A DNA stretch of 64,000 nt, taken from NCBI RefSeq assembly GCF_028641065.1, contig NC_073379.1:39494001-39558000 (forward strand), read 5' to 3'. Source of the stretch: Leucoraja erinacea (taxonomy: Eukaryota). The position numbers and the translations under genes were made by a program. Below, piece by piece: positions 38,497 to 51,425 of this stretch. Position 1 is the first letter of the stretch, and each line of letters opens with the position of its first letter. Under the pieces are notes generated by a model. It was not told where the DNA came from, made no database searches, and saw nothing but the letters and a program-made list of their open reading frames with translations.

Positions 38497-39640
38497 GACC
38501 CCGGACATCCTCATTGGTAAACTGGTCACTCTCGGCCTCCCCACTGTCACATGTGCCTGGATTAAGGATTTCCTCACAAACCGGCCCCAGACTGTGAGAC
38601 TTGGCCCCCACCTCTCCTCCACTCGCAGGTTGAGTACCGGTTCCCCACAGGGCTGTGTGCTAAGCCCCCTCTTATACTGTCTCTACACCTACGACTGTAG
38701 TCCGGCCCACAACAACAACCGCATCGTCAAATTTGCTGACGACACTACTGTGGTCGGACTTATTTCAAAGGGAGACGAGGCAGCCTACAGAGAGGAAGTC
38801 CTGAAGTTGACAACCTGGTGCTCAGAAAACAATCTGGCTCTGAACACCAGGAAAAAAAAAGAGCTCATTGTCGACTTCAGGAGGCACAGCACCGACTTAG
38901 TCCCCCTACACATTAACGGCGAGTGTGTGGAGAGGGTCAACACCTTCCGGTTTCTCGGCGTCCATATCGCGGCTGACATCTCCTGGACGGACAACACGAC
39001 AGCGGTCATCAAGAAGGCTCAGCAGCGGCTGCACTTCCTGAGGGTCCTCAGGAAGCACAACCTGGACTCTAACCTGCTGCTGACCTTCTACCGCTCGTCC
39101 ATCGAGAGCCTGCTGACATACTGCATTACAGCATGGTATGGCAGCTGCACCATGGCAGACAGGGAGAGGCTTCAGAGGGTAACCAGGACAGCGCAGAGGA
39201 TCATTGGTTGCCCTCTCCCCTCCCTGATGGACATCTACACCTCCCGCTGCCTTAGCAGGGCAAAGAAGATCACCAAAGACAGCTCCCATCCTGCGTTTGG
39301 ACTGTTCGACCTGCTGCCCTCTGGAAGGCGCTATAGGTGCATCAAATCCAGGACAAACAGACTCAGGAATAGCTGCTTCCCGAGAATTATATCTACCATA
39401 AATTCAAATCCACACATGCACTGACTACACCGCCCAACACGGACTTCCATCTGTATATATGTATATATGTATGTAGCGCCGTAGAAATTGTGCACCTATT
39501 CCCCCCCCCCCCCCCCCCTGTTTTGTTTTTTTTCTGTTTCTTGTTTTTTGTGTAAAATTGTATGTATGCACTGAGTACGAGCAGCTTTCAGTTTCACTGT
39601 ACATGTATAGTGACAATAAATGGCATATCATATCTATATC
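38497..39640 (+). mobile_element. Young 5'-truncated Rex1/Babar LINE (uninterrupted RT C-terminal ORF plus 3' UTR) inserted in a CR1 tail
   Basis: ORF to 39424 with [46 protein letters not shown]; tail TGACAATAAA then (TATC)-like repeats; the host CR1 tail GAATGGCC|TACTCCTGCACC is split by it. Confidence 0.92.
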
Positions 39641-40039
39641 TACTCCTGCACCTATTTTTCTATGTTTCTAAATCAAAAAATAAGCGACAGACAAATCTGT
39701 ATTTAAAACAGAAAATGCTGCAAAACCTAATGTTTTTCAGCAATTTCCGTTTTAATTTTGATAGCATTCTGTCAGACAATTCTCAATTCGCTCTACTTTT
39801 CTCTCAAAAAACCAACATGTCTTTTCATTGATCTTTCCGATGGCCGATCCTATTCCCTTCCCCAGTTTGCTTGAAAAAATAGGCTTTATTCACAACAAAT
39901 ATATACCAAACGGAACAAAAAACTTCATGCATTCTCTTAATAATTCAGTAGTGATCGCACCGATCTCATAGCAAACACACTAGCCCCACTAATACTATTT
40001 GACCTGCAGAATGACCTCATCCTCCTTCATTTCCTGGAA

Positions 40040-41520
40040 GGCTCAGTTCGACCCGGGGTGTGCGCATGAGTAGACGAGTGAAAGCCTGCGTACAGCGCAC
40101 GCGCAGCCCGGCGTCTCCAGCCGACGCTCCGCGCCCCCGTCTTCGCGCATGCGCCTCGCCCAGCGGGAAAGCCCTGCTAGCAAAAAAATCGTGACGGTCG
40201 CGACTGCGCCTGCGCCCCACCCCCTCTTCCTCTTCCTCCCCGGCGAGATCCACACCCCGCATGCGCGCCGGCCCGGCCCGGCGACCGGCCCTCGTCTCCC
40301 CGCCCCTCACCCGCACCAGTGAAAGGCGTGTCCGCACCAGCCAACTGGAGCACACGTATTATTTTAAAATATAAAGTATGGGAACGCCTCCGGCGACAGG
40401 CGCAAAAATATAATCCCGGGTGTGAGGGAAGCTGCGGCTGGAGCGAGTGCGGTGATCGTCCCGGCGGATTAAGGAGCTGCTGCTGCCGCCGCCGACCGTT
40501 GTGTCCTCCGTGGCCTGGCGCCGGTCGACAGGTGGAGGAGGAGGCAAGAGAGGAGCCGCCGCCACCGACACCGACACCGCCACCGCATTGTCCCACAGGC
40601 CGCCGGCACCGAGCAAAGGACGCGGCCTCCCTCCCTCCCTCCCTCCCACCACCACTAGGGCCGCAGACTGAAGCGGGATCTCGCCTGGGTTCCCCACCGC
40701 CTCCCCGGCGCAGATGACTCGTAGATTCAGGTCAAGTTTCTCTTCCTTTTGTGAGAGGACTCCTGGCTTTCACTTCGATCGATGAGCGTTGAGAAAGGGG
40801 GGCTAGGGATTACGCTGGATTTATCACTAGAGCATCCGGTCTGTGGCTGCCCGACTTCCCTCGGAAGATTAAACATGCGATCCATCGCCGGCTTGGAGTC
40901 CAATCGCCGGTGAGGACATTGTACAAGGAAAATTCTCGGAGAAAGTTTCCCGTTGATATCTTCAACCCAGTAGTTTCTCCCCTGCGATCACTGGAATAGT
41001 TCATTTGTTCATTATTTATTTGATTGATTGACTGGGACTGACTGGCCTTGCCATGAATAACCTGTCTCTGAGTGAGCTGTGCTGCCTCTTCTGTTGTCCG
41101 CCCTGCCCGGGTCGCATCGCCTCCAAACTCGCTTTCCTGCCGCCGGAGCCCACTTACGCTCTGCTGCCCGACGAGTCCGGGGGCCACTGGAGCCTGCACC
41201 TGTCCGAGCGAGCCGACTGGCAGTACTCGCAGCGGGAGAAGGACTCCATCGAGGCCTTTATGACCAGGACGAGCCGGGGCAACCGCATTGGTTGTATGTT
41301 TATCCGTTGTTCCCCCAGCGCCAAATTCACGCTGCTCTTCTCGCATGGTAATGCCGTGGATCTGGGCCAGATGAGCAGCTTCTACATCGGTCTGGGCTCC
41401 AGAATCAACTGCAACGTCTTCTCCTACGACTACTCGGGTTACGGGGCCAGCTCTGGGAAGCCTTCTGAGAAAAACCTCTATGCAGACGTAGACGCGGCTT
41501 GGCAGGCCCTCAGGACCAGG
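40040..41520 (+). promoter_or_regulatory. CpG island, ABHD17B promoter and 5' region
   Basis: Very GC- and CpG-rich non-repeat DNA with NRF1-type GCGCATGCGC-like motifs (about 40061, 40145, 40259) and a GC box, running into the first coding exon. Confidence 0.85.
41053..41519 (+). CDS. ABHD17B: Alpha/beta hydrolase domain-containing 17B (protein depalmitoylase), first coding exon
   Basis: [31 protein letters not shown]...[14 protein letters not shown]...[21 protein letters not shown]; N-terminal Cys cluster; GCCATG Kozak context; donor AG|GTAGGG at 41519/41520; head-to-head with C9orf85 as in other vertebrates. Confidence 0.95.
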
Positions 41521-42394
41521 TAGGGTAATACCACCACATGGTTTATCATAGACTATATGCCATCAGAGCAATCTTTTGAATTTAGCTCATCCAATAGTTC
41601 ACCACACCCCTGCTGCCCTGCAAATTATTCAATTTCAATTATATGTATTCGCTTTTGAAACGTTATGTGAATTAATTTTATTACCTGCATTATGCTTTCA
41701 GACTCTGATACTGTTTGGTATCGTGTAGAATTCAACTGCCCTTTGGCTCTTTCATGCTGCCTACTTGATCTATTTGGCCCATATCCCTCCAAGCCTTTCT
41801 TATCAACAAATGTGTCCAAATGTCTTTTAAACATTAATTGTACTATGTAATCTTGGAACTGGTTCCATATACCCAGCACCCCTTGTAGGAAAACTTTGCC
41901 CCTCCAGATGGCATCATTTTAATTCTTAATTCTGATTACATGTGTATCTCTAAATTTAATTCCCGTTGGCACCCCTGACTTCAGCCATGCCTTCAGCTGC
42001 TTACGTAATCTAAATTCTGCTATTCCTTTACCAAAGCTCTTTACCTCTTGTACCTCCTTCATGGCACACCTTAAAGCTTTCCTCTCTGACTAAACATTTA
42101 GTCACCTTATTTTGTCTGAATGCCATTTTATTTTGTTCGCTAATTACTCTGAATGATTTAGGGGTGTTTTTGCTGTATTAAAATGTGACCAAATGAAGTT
42201 ACTGTATCTTAACAAAAACAAAATCAGTTCTGTCTTTAATTACTACCTTTGCTTTCCACCATTTTCTTCCTTTGTCTTCCAGTGTTCTACCAGAGTATTA
42301 GTTTCTGTCTGTAATAAACATGCAGTTAAGATGTACCTGAAAAATCATTTGAAAGCCATGCTCCTTCAGACTTCATCTATCACATCATAGTGGG

Positions 42395-43130
42395 AATAGA
42401 AGGTAGACAAAAATGCTGGATAAACTCAGTGGGTTAGGCAGCATCTATGGAGTGAAGGAATTTCTGGTCGAGACCCTTCTTCAGACTGATGTGAGGGTGG
42501 GGGGGGAGAGAAGAAGAAAGGAAGAGGCGGAGACAGTGGGCTGTGGGAGAGCTGGGAAGGAGGAAGAAAGCAAGGACTACCTGAAATTGGAAAAGTCAAT
42601 GTTCATACCGCTGGGGTGTAAACTTCCCAAGTGAAATATGAGGTGCTGCTCCTCCAATTTGCAGTGGGACTCACTCAGGCCATGGAGGAGGCCCAGGACA
42701 GAAAGTTTGGATACGGAATGGGAGGGGGAGTTGAAGTGCTGAGCAGGAGATCGGGTTGGTTAATGCGAACTGTGCGGAGGTTTTGGGCAAAGCGATCGCC
42801 AAGCCTGCGCTTGGTCTCACCGATGTAGAGCAGTTGACACCTAGAGCAGCGGATGCAATAGATGATGTTGGAGGAGGTGCAGGTGAACCTCTGCCTCACC
42901 TGGAAAGACTGCTTGGGTCCTTGGATGGAGTCGAGGGGGGAGGTAAAGCAACAAGTGTAACATTTCCTGCGGTTGCAAGGGAAAGTACCGGGGAGGGGGT
43001 GGTTTGGGTGGGATGGGACAAATTGACCAGGGGGTTACGGAGGGAGCAGTCTCTGCGGAAAACCGAAAGATGTGGCCAGTGGTGAGATCCCGTTGGAGGT
43101 GGCAAAAATGTCAGAGAATTATCTGTTGCA
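42395..43130 (-). mobile_element. Penelope-like element 3' fragment
   Basis: QRFTCTSSNIIYCIRCSRCQLLYIGETKRRLGDRFAQ (GIY-YIG) followed by the hammerhead-bearing terminal segment. Confidence 0.9.
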
Positions 43131-43351
43131 GGATTAGTTGTGGGATTGGAAATTAGTTAATATCTGGAAACTATGCACAATAAAGGCAGGTATTTAAGAT
43201 TGGGAGTATGTGATATGTTGTGGTTCACACCAATGCCATGCTGTATCAGGTACTGACTTCTCAATAATGTTCTGAAGCTTGCACCCTCAAAATGGAAGGA
43301 ATGCACGCCACAATTAGAATACATCTCCGATGTAACCTTTGTGCTGAATAA

Positions 43352-43560
43352 GTGTAAGAAAGAACTGCAGATGCTGGTTTAAATCGAAGGTAGACACAAA
43401 ATGCTGGAGTAACTGAGCGGGACAGGCAGCATCACTGGAGAGAAGGAATGGGCGACTTTTCGGGTCGAGACCCTTTTTTCAGCCTGACCCGAAACATCAC
43501 CTATTCCTTCCCTTCAGGGATGCTGCCCCGCTGAGTTACTCCAGCATTTTATGTCTACCT
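43352..43560. repeat. Inverted pair of Penelope terminal (hammerhead) segments
   Basis: Minus copy 43352-43482 is fused directly to plus copy 43483-43560. Confidence 0.75.
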
Positions 43561-43914
43561 GTTGAATAAGGGTGTTCAGTATAGCTACGTGAAAGAATAA
43601 TAACCAGAAATTTGCAGAATTATCACTGGCTGCTAAAAGCTAATGAACATCAATTATCTGTGCATTCAATAAAATGTGGCCAGTCGATGATAAAGGAAGT
43701 GGCAAACAGAAGAACTTGTACCCTGGCTGCATGATTGCACGGCTACAGAAAAGTACCAACTCGGGCTGGATCTTCAACTTCCTGGATGAAGTTTGTAATT
43801 CAAGAAAGAATGACCAATAAACTGCAAAGGAGAAATAGAATAAGAATAAACTATCATGAGACATACAACCAGCCTGTGGACCTTCTAAGGATTAGACTAG
43901 TAATAGAATGTTCT

Positions 43915-44437
43915 TCCTAATTTGAGGAAGGACATTCTTGCTATTGAGGGAGTGCAGCATAGGTTTACATGGTTAATTCCTGGGATGGCGGGACTGTCAT
44001 ATGCTGAGAGAATGGAGCGGCTGGGCTTGTACACTCTGGAGTTTGGAAGGATGAGAGGGTATCTTATTGAAACATATAAGATTGTTAAGCGTTTGGTCAC
44101 GCTAGAGGCAGGAAACGTGTTCCCGATGTTGGGGGAGTCCAGTACCAGGGGCCACAGGTTAAGAATAAGGAGTAAGCCATTTAGAACGGAGGCGAAGAAA
44201 CACTTTTTGACACAGAGTTGTGTGTCTGTGGAATTCTCTGCCTCAGAGGGTGGTGGAGGCCGGTTCTCTGGATACTTTCAAGAGAGAGTTAGACAGGGCT
44301 CTTAAAGACAGTGGAATCAGGGGATATGGGGAGAAGGCAGGAATGGGGTACTGATTGGGGATGATCAGCCATGATCACATTGAATGGCAGTGCTGGCTCG
44401 AAGGGCCAAATGGACTACTCCTGCACCTATTGTCTAT
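43915..44437 (+). mobile_element. CR1 LINE 3' end
   Basis: RKDILAIEGVQHRFT..LSYAERMERLGLYTLE..RGYLIETYKI..TRGH plus the conserved 3' UTR. Confidence 0.9.
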
Positions 44438-45703
44438 AAAGGCAACCCGTGTTTCTTACAGGCGGGTGTGAGGATTTATAATGTGGAATAAGGAAATGGC
44501 AGAAAGATTAAACAATTACTTTGTGTCTGCCTTTGCAACGCAATAAGTACTGGAAAGTCATGCTTCCAGTGCAACTGAGGAAGTAAAATGTATTAATATT
44601 GGTGGACGCTCTGGTTATCCTCAAAGTTCTGTGGATTCTGGAATATTTCCTACAGATCGATAGATGGCAAATGTGGCATAATTTCACTCGAAAATGAGGA
44701 AAAAGAATACGTGGTGTTAACAACCTCTCAGACTGACGTCAGAAGTTGAAAATGCAAAAATTTAAAGTTAATGATTAGATTTCAAGACATCTAAATAAAT
44801 AATGATATGATATGAAAATACTCCATATGGATTTACAAAATGGATGTCGTGTTTAAGTAATGTATCTACTAGGTAGATGAGTGGGATATAAATGTGATGT
44901 GATATATTTGATTTTTTGAAAGTCTTTGGATTAGATTGCTGAGCAAAGCTAGAGAAATGGTGTACACACTGATATACTGGTATAGATTGAGAATGTAGTT
45001 AAATAAAAGGTAGGAATAAAAAGAACCACTTAGTTGGCAAATGGAGACAAACTGAGTGAGTTGGCAACAACAGGGCAGATGCAGTGTAATATGGAAAAAT
45101 GCGAGGGTATCCACTTTAATTTAAAGCAAAAAATACTTGTAAACTTACTTGTAGGGTAAGATTTTAGGAAAGTTGATATTTAAAGGGATCTGGTGCCTTT
45201 GCATATGTCATTCAAAGTTAGCATGTAGTTGCAGCAGGCCATGAAGAAGATAATAAAAAGTACCTTTACGTTTGCTACTGGAGGATTTGAGTATAAGATA
45301 CAAAGCTGCCTCATAATTGTGTATTGATGAGACCACACTATTTCCATAATATTAATTTCCTTGCCTGTAAGCTTCTGCTTGCCATGGTGGAGTTCAGTGT
45401 TGATTTACCAGGCTGATTTCTAGGATGATAGGTCTATCGTATGAAGAGTTTGAGTCGGCTGGATCTCCATTCTCAATTGTTTAGAAGAATGAGAGGTGAC
45501 CGCAGTGAAACATACAAAATACTTGAAGGGCTCAATATTATAGATACTGGGAGGATGTTTCTCCTAACTGAGGAATCTAGAACAAGGTTCATAACCTCAA
45601 ACTAAGCGATAGAACTGAAATGAGGATGTTTTTTTTTCTTCCAAGGCGGCGTTTCTTTTCCAGAGGTCTGTGAAGATTCAATCCGTTGATAACATTTGAT
45701 TAC

Positions 45704-46217
45704 AATCAAAACAGATTGGTAGATTTCTGAACATTGACGTATGACGTATATTGCCTTCCATAAAGTATATTGACTATTGCTACAATTATGTTCAGCTGTG
45801 AGTTACGTGGCCCAGCCGCGCCGCCCCCCCCCCCCCCCCCCCCCCCCCACTCTCCCTCTCTAGGAAGTGGTGAATATTGGGATCTATGGGTGAGTGGTGG
45901 AGTATTGCGTTGGGGAACCAGCCCTCCCATGTGATGCCACGCTCCCAACCCCTCAATCTCTGCCCGTCCCTCTCCACCCCCCTCGTCCCCCGTCCCCCCC
46001 GTCCCTCTAGCTGCGCCTGCGCAGTTGGGGGTTATGCGTGAGTGGATAGGGCGGGAGATGAGGTAAAAGGAGCAAATTAATAATATTAATATAATATCAA
46101 GGTGGGGGATTAGTGTGTATGGGGGGGGGGGGGGGTTAGTGTGTTTGTGCGTGTGTGACGCCGAAGGTCACCCCTCCCCACAACGCGACTGGACCCAACG
46201 GGTCCCCCTTGGTCAAG
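45704..46217 (+). mobile_element. Putative non-autonomous Helitron-like element
   Basis: Subterminal hairpin GGACCC-AAC-GGGTCC (46191-46205) 8 nt before CAAG|T (variant of CTAG|T); internal C and G tracts. Confidence 0.5.
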
Positions 46218-47019
46218 TAAGTAATAATTGTTTACATACCCTGGTGTTGGTTGTATTATTCAAATTGTGTATTCTGCACATAAAAATTTGTGTGGAATCT
46301 TTTGTTTGGTATCTCTGGTCTTCTCAAATTGTTGAGCTCTGATTGCATCTAAGGTTGATTGATTTCCTACGGATTACTTTGAATACATTAAGTGAAAAAA
46401 ACCTCATGCTATTTGTGGCTAATATTAATTTAGAAATAATTGGTACTGTTGCATGCAGCCTTTTGAATATTTAAGGATCACTGTGACCACTGAATCAATA
46501 GGTTGGACAATATCTGGTTCTGTCAATTTTGCTGATTGGTGCTAATTTTCTATCAGATTTTGACAAATATTTTATGAATGTAAAAGTAGATTAAGTACTA
46601 GCACTTATTGATTTTTAATGCCTTTTATTTAATCCTAATGCTGCTCCAAAAAATTAATCTAAGATGGCAGTAATGTAAAACCGAAAAAGCACGGACTGAC
46701 TGGGATCTTAACTATGGTCAGTGGTGGAAAGTACACTCGTGAAGACCTACATGTTGTGAGCAATATCACTGAACCGGCCACCAAAAATAAACAGCTCGGG
46801 TGCTGGGAAGAGGGAGTGGCCAGGGTGCAATTTGTCCTTGATTGTGCTGCTTGCCTTGCCGAGGCAGTGCGAGGTATAAATGGAGTCCATGGAAGGGAAG
46901 TTGGTTTGTGATAGTCTGGGCTGCGTCCACAATTCACTGCAATTTCTTGCAGTCTTGGATGGAGCTGTTCCGAAACCCAATGTGTAGGAAAGAACTGCAG
47001 ATAGTGGTTCCCCGACATT

Positions 47020-48410
47020 ATAATCAAACCCGCCAACATGTGCCGTGGTAATCTGGCACGCTGACCTCTACTGGGGTAGAGGCCAGGCAACAACTCTCAG
47101 CCACCACCTCCTACATCCTTGGACCATGATCGCATAGACGAGCACCAGGGCATAATATCACCATTTCATTACTTCCAGCTGTCTGCCCTACAAAGCCTCC
47201 AACCTTATAGATTCCCAGACCTGCGCGTCCTGATGTTATCTTCTCCCCAAAATCCACAAACAGAACTGCCCTGGCAGACCCATTGTTTCTGCTTGTTCAT
47301 GTCCCACTGAATTAATTTCCACATTCCTCGACTCCATCCTAACTCCTCCTCGGTGCTATCTCTTGCACCCATGCAGAACTCATTGACTTCATCAACTCCA
47401 CGACTAATTTTCATCCTGCACTCACTTGGACAATCTCCGACATTTCCCCTACCGTTTCTAGATCTCACCGTCTCCATCACAGGAGACAGACTATCGACTG
47501 ACATCTATTATAAACCCACTGACTCCTATAGCTATCTAGACTACGCTTCTTGTCCCCTCAATATTCCACAGCTCCGCTCGTACTCCCCCTCCCCCCATCC
47601 GTCCCACAGTCCCACATGCCCTCACATTCCACCTCATTAACCGTTGCATACAGCACGTAATCCTCTGACATTTTCGTCACCTCCAACGTGATCCCGATAA
47701 TAGCCACCTTACCATCTCCACCCCTTTCTGCTTTCCGCAGAGACTGTTTCCTCCGCAACTCTCTGGTCACCTCGGCCCTTCCCACCCAACCCACCCCAGG
47801 TACTTTCCCCTGCAACTGCAGGAGTTGCAATGCATGTCCTTATACCTCCCTTTCGACTGTCCGAGGACCCCGGCAGTCTTTTCAGGTGAGGCACAGATTC
47901 ACTTGCATCTCCTCCAACCTCATCTACTGTATCCACTGTTCCAGGTGTGGTCTCGTATATTGGCGAGACCAAGCGCAGGTTTGGCGATTGTTTCGCTGAA
48001 CACTTCAGCTCATTCTGCCTAAACCTACCTGATGTCCTGGTTGCTCGACAGTTTAACTCCCCCTCCCAATTCCACGCTGACCTTTCTGTCCTGGACCTCC
48101 TCCACTGTCAGAGTGAGGCCCAGCGCAGATTGGAGGAACAGCGCCTCGTATTTCACTTTGGTAGCTTACTCCCAGCAGTATGAACATTGACTTCTCTAAC
48201 TTCAAGTACCCCTTGCTTTCCCTTACTCTACATCGCCTCTCCCTTCCCAGTTCTTCGACCAGTCTTGCGTCTCCGACTACATTTTATCTCTGTCCCACCC
48301 ACTCCCGTGACATCGGTCTGAAGAAGGTTCTCAACCTGAAATGTCACTCATTCCTTCTCTCCAGAGATGCCACATGTCCTGCTGAGTTCCTCCAGCATTT
48401 TGTGTCTGTT
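47020..48410 (+). mobile_element. Degraded Penelope-like element (RT remnants, GIY-YIG, terminal hammerhead segment)
   Basis: LPFLDLTVSITGDRLSTDIYYKPTDS, YIGETKRRFGDCFAEH, EAQRRLEEQRLVFHFGSL; CTGAAGA motif at 48318. Confidence 0.9.
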
Positions 48411-49844
48411 CCGAAAGCAAGCTGTGAAGCATCCTAACAAAAGTAGTTGTAATGAGCTGAAAGTCGCTATACTAATAGAGATCTTTTATTTTGCTTTGCA
48501 GTTTTATGATACTAGTAGCCCTCTGGAACTCTGTCAATGACCTTGTGTTAGCATCATTATTTCAAATGCTGTTTAGTGTCCAGTCAAGCTGCACCCAGCC
48601 TGTGCGTAGCTACGGCTGCATGAATATCTTGTGTTATTCCTTCACTTGGGAATTCTGCTTAGCTTGTATGAATATTTTGTCACATCAGTAGTTTTGGATT
48701 AAAATGTTGTGCTCATTGGTGGATGCCATGTGCTTGCAGGACCATCAGATACTTTCACTTTATATCAGTTTGATGTAATGTTGGTTGTTGAGAATGGAAG
48801 ATCAGCGAGATGCTTTTAAAGGTTTGGGAAATTGTAGATCTTGGACCTCAGTAATGAAGACACAGTCGCCAAAAGTGTAATGTTAAGATAAGGATGAACT
48901 AGAGCTAAAAACTTGAAGGAGTATTGAGATCTCAGTCATGGAGTTGAAGGAACTAATAAGGAAGGGGAGAGACAAAGTCATCCAAAGAGTTGTGCCTGAT
49001 TTGGATGGATCAATTCTACATGATGAAGAAAGTAAACTAACATTTATCTGTATCTCGATGGATGAAATTAATAGTGCAGAATATGTTTACTTGTATGCAA
49101 TAATTATTCAATAGCTATCTACTAATAATTGGATGGTGATGATGATTTCTTCACAGGGCTGAACACAAGATTAATGCTATTTTCTTTTTAAATAGTGTAC
49201 TCAATTACAATAGTATAGTTATTGTAAACCTTAACCTCAACCGCTTAAACACGGCTCTAAGTGCATTCTGCTTTTGCGTCTCTGCATTGTTAATGTGATT
49301 TCTGTAAAAAAATCACTCCCATTTCAAATTTTTTCTCAATTGTTGGAGGTGCAGGGGAGGGATGGGGACAGGTGAAGAAAGAGCCAAGAGGGGATGAATG
49401 GGCATTGGTTTTTATGTCATCAGTTCCTGGTACCTCAAATTCTGCAAGGACTTGTTGCAAGTTCAGAATGTGTGATTTTGTTTCAAGTATGTTGCTTCAC
49501 AGGACCTGCTGCTGATGAGTCAGACTGCAGCAAACTTTATGCTTTTCTGAAGCTTGTCCGTTGGGTGTGCCCTATCATAATTAACTGCCATAGTAATAGT
49601 TTTGTCATGTCTATAAACACATTTGGGTGTTGACAGTAAGTAATTACAAGAACAGCACCTGGAAATTTGGTAGATGGTGAAGAGACCTCTTTGGGTGTTT
49701 TATTTCTATTGTGCTTTAAAAAAAAATACAAATTTTAATCCAAACCAGCAAATTAGAGCCTAATGTGTATTTGACCATTGTTTCAGGAAGTGATTATATG
49801 ATGGCCTTTTGCTTATCCATTCTTTTCTCAGCACATCATCCCTT

Positions 49845-50053
49845 ACAAGAATGATCCCAGGAAAGAGTAGATTAATCTATGATGAACATTTGTCGGCACT
49901 GGGCCTGTACTCGCTGGAGTTTAGAAGATTGGGAGGGGATCTCATTGAAATGCAGAATAGTGAAAGTGGATGTGGAGAGGATGTTTCCACTAGTGGGAGA
50001 GTCTAGGACCAGAGGTCATAGCCTCAGAATTCCCTGACTCCATTATCTTCTCT

Positions 50054-50107
<54 letters not shown>

Positions 50108-50702
50108 ACCCCCCCCCCCCCCCCACCCCAGAGATAGATAGATTTTTGATTAGTACAGGTGACCTAATTCTACTACTCCTATTCCTTATGACAACTCAGT
50201 GGATCAGGCAACATGAGTAATGCATTTTCTCCTGAATTCCCGTTGGGCTTGTGGTGACTGATACACTTTGGACTTAGCGGCACGGGTGGAATCTTGGATC
50301 CCGGGCATGAACGGAGGTGATCGAGGGAGCTGCAGAACAGAGAACAGAGACGCTGGCGGTCAGAGGAAGATTTACCGTAAAAGTCATAACTGGGATAGTG
50401 AGAACTTGTACATTCTAATTCCGACACTTGCACAAACCAACAGAGCCTTTTGGTGCCAAGAGGGACCAGAGGTCATAGCCTCAGAATTCCCTGACTCCAT
50501 TATCTATCTTCTCTTCCCCCCCCCCCCCCCCCCCCCGTTTTAAAGGCAGAGATAGATAGATTTTTGATTAGTACAGCTGTCAGAGGTTATGGGGAGAAGG
50601 CAGGGGAATGGGGTTAGGAGAGAAGGATAGATCAGCCATGATTGAATGGCGAAGTAGACATGATGGGCCGTATGACCTAATTCTACTCCTATCACTTATG
50701 AC
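49845..50702 (+). mobile_element. Rearranged CR1 3' fragment with internal duplication and a poly-C tract of about 75 nt (50055-50129)
   Basis: GGACCAGAGGTCATAGCCTCAGAATTCCCTGACTCCATTATC occurs at about 50006 and 50463. Confidence 0.75.
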
Positions 50703-51289
50703 GTGATCTTATTGGCCATGGCTCAGTGCTGGAGAGCTAGCTCCTCGAGTTACTGCAATCATTTGGTTAAGGTGCTTGTTGGTATTCTAGGAATAACATT
50801 TGTTAGAATATGCTGGATCCAGCAACAATGAAGGATGATATATTTCCAAATTGGGGTGGTATATGACTCGGTGAGTATCAACAGGTGATGGTATGCATGC
50901 TGCCCAATCCTTTATGATGGTGACAGCATTCACATGTTTGGGAGAATTTGCCAAGGCGCGTTACATCCATGCATTTTATGGTTGGTGCACACTGTGTATC
51001 CACTGCACAAGTGGTGGATTAGAATAAAAGTTTAAGTTGGTAGATGTCATGCGAAGTGAGCAAGCTGTTTCATCCTGCAAAGTTGAGCATCTCGAAGATT
51101 GTTGGAGCTGAACACATTCAGATAAATGATGAGTATGCCGTCAAACAGAGGTAACTGAAGAAGTTCATAGAGTGAATCCCAGATCTAATGGTCAAGGCAA
51201 CTATTTGTGGATGTCATGGATGGAAATTTGGGGATGATCAGGGGACAAGAGTTAGAACTGGAGTTGGTTAGAGCAATATGGAAGGGAAT

Positions 51290-51425
51290 TAAAATCTGAC
51301 AATATGCACTTTAACCACATGTGATTTTTATTTTATTTTTTGTTTATTACAAATCTCAAATTGTGGAGTACAGAGCCAAATAAATAAATGATGGGTCTTT
51401 GCCCCAAACATTATGGAGGGCACTG
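51290..51425. mobile_element. Solo TIR fragment of Tc1 family A
   Basis: Ends CAAACATTATGGAGGGCACTG|TA. Confidence 0.85.

Noticed and set aside
40017-41351. Several overlapping 100-180 aa ORFs in the CpG island
   Set aside because: Expected from stop-poor GC-rich DNA; low complexity and no recognisable family.
41053-41523. 156-aa ORF as a complete single-exon protein
   Set aside because: The stop lies in the intron after the AG|GT donor and the catalytic Ser motif region is missing. No downstream ABHD17B exon was recognised in this window.
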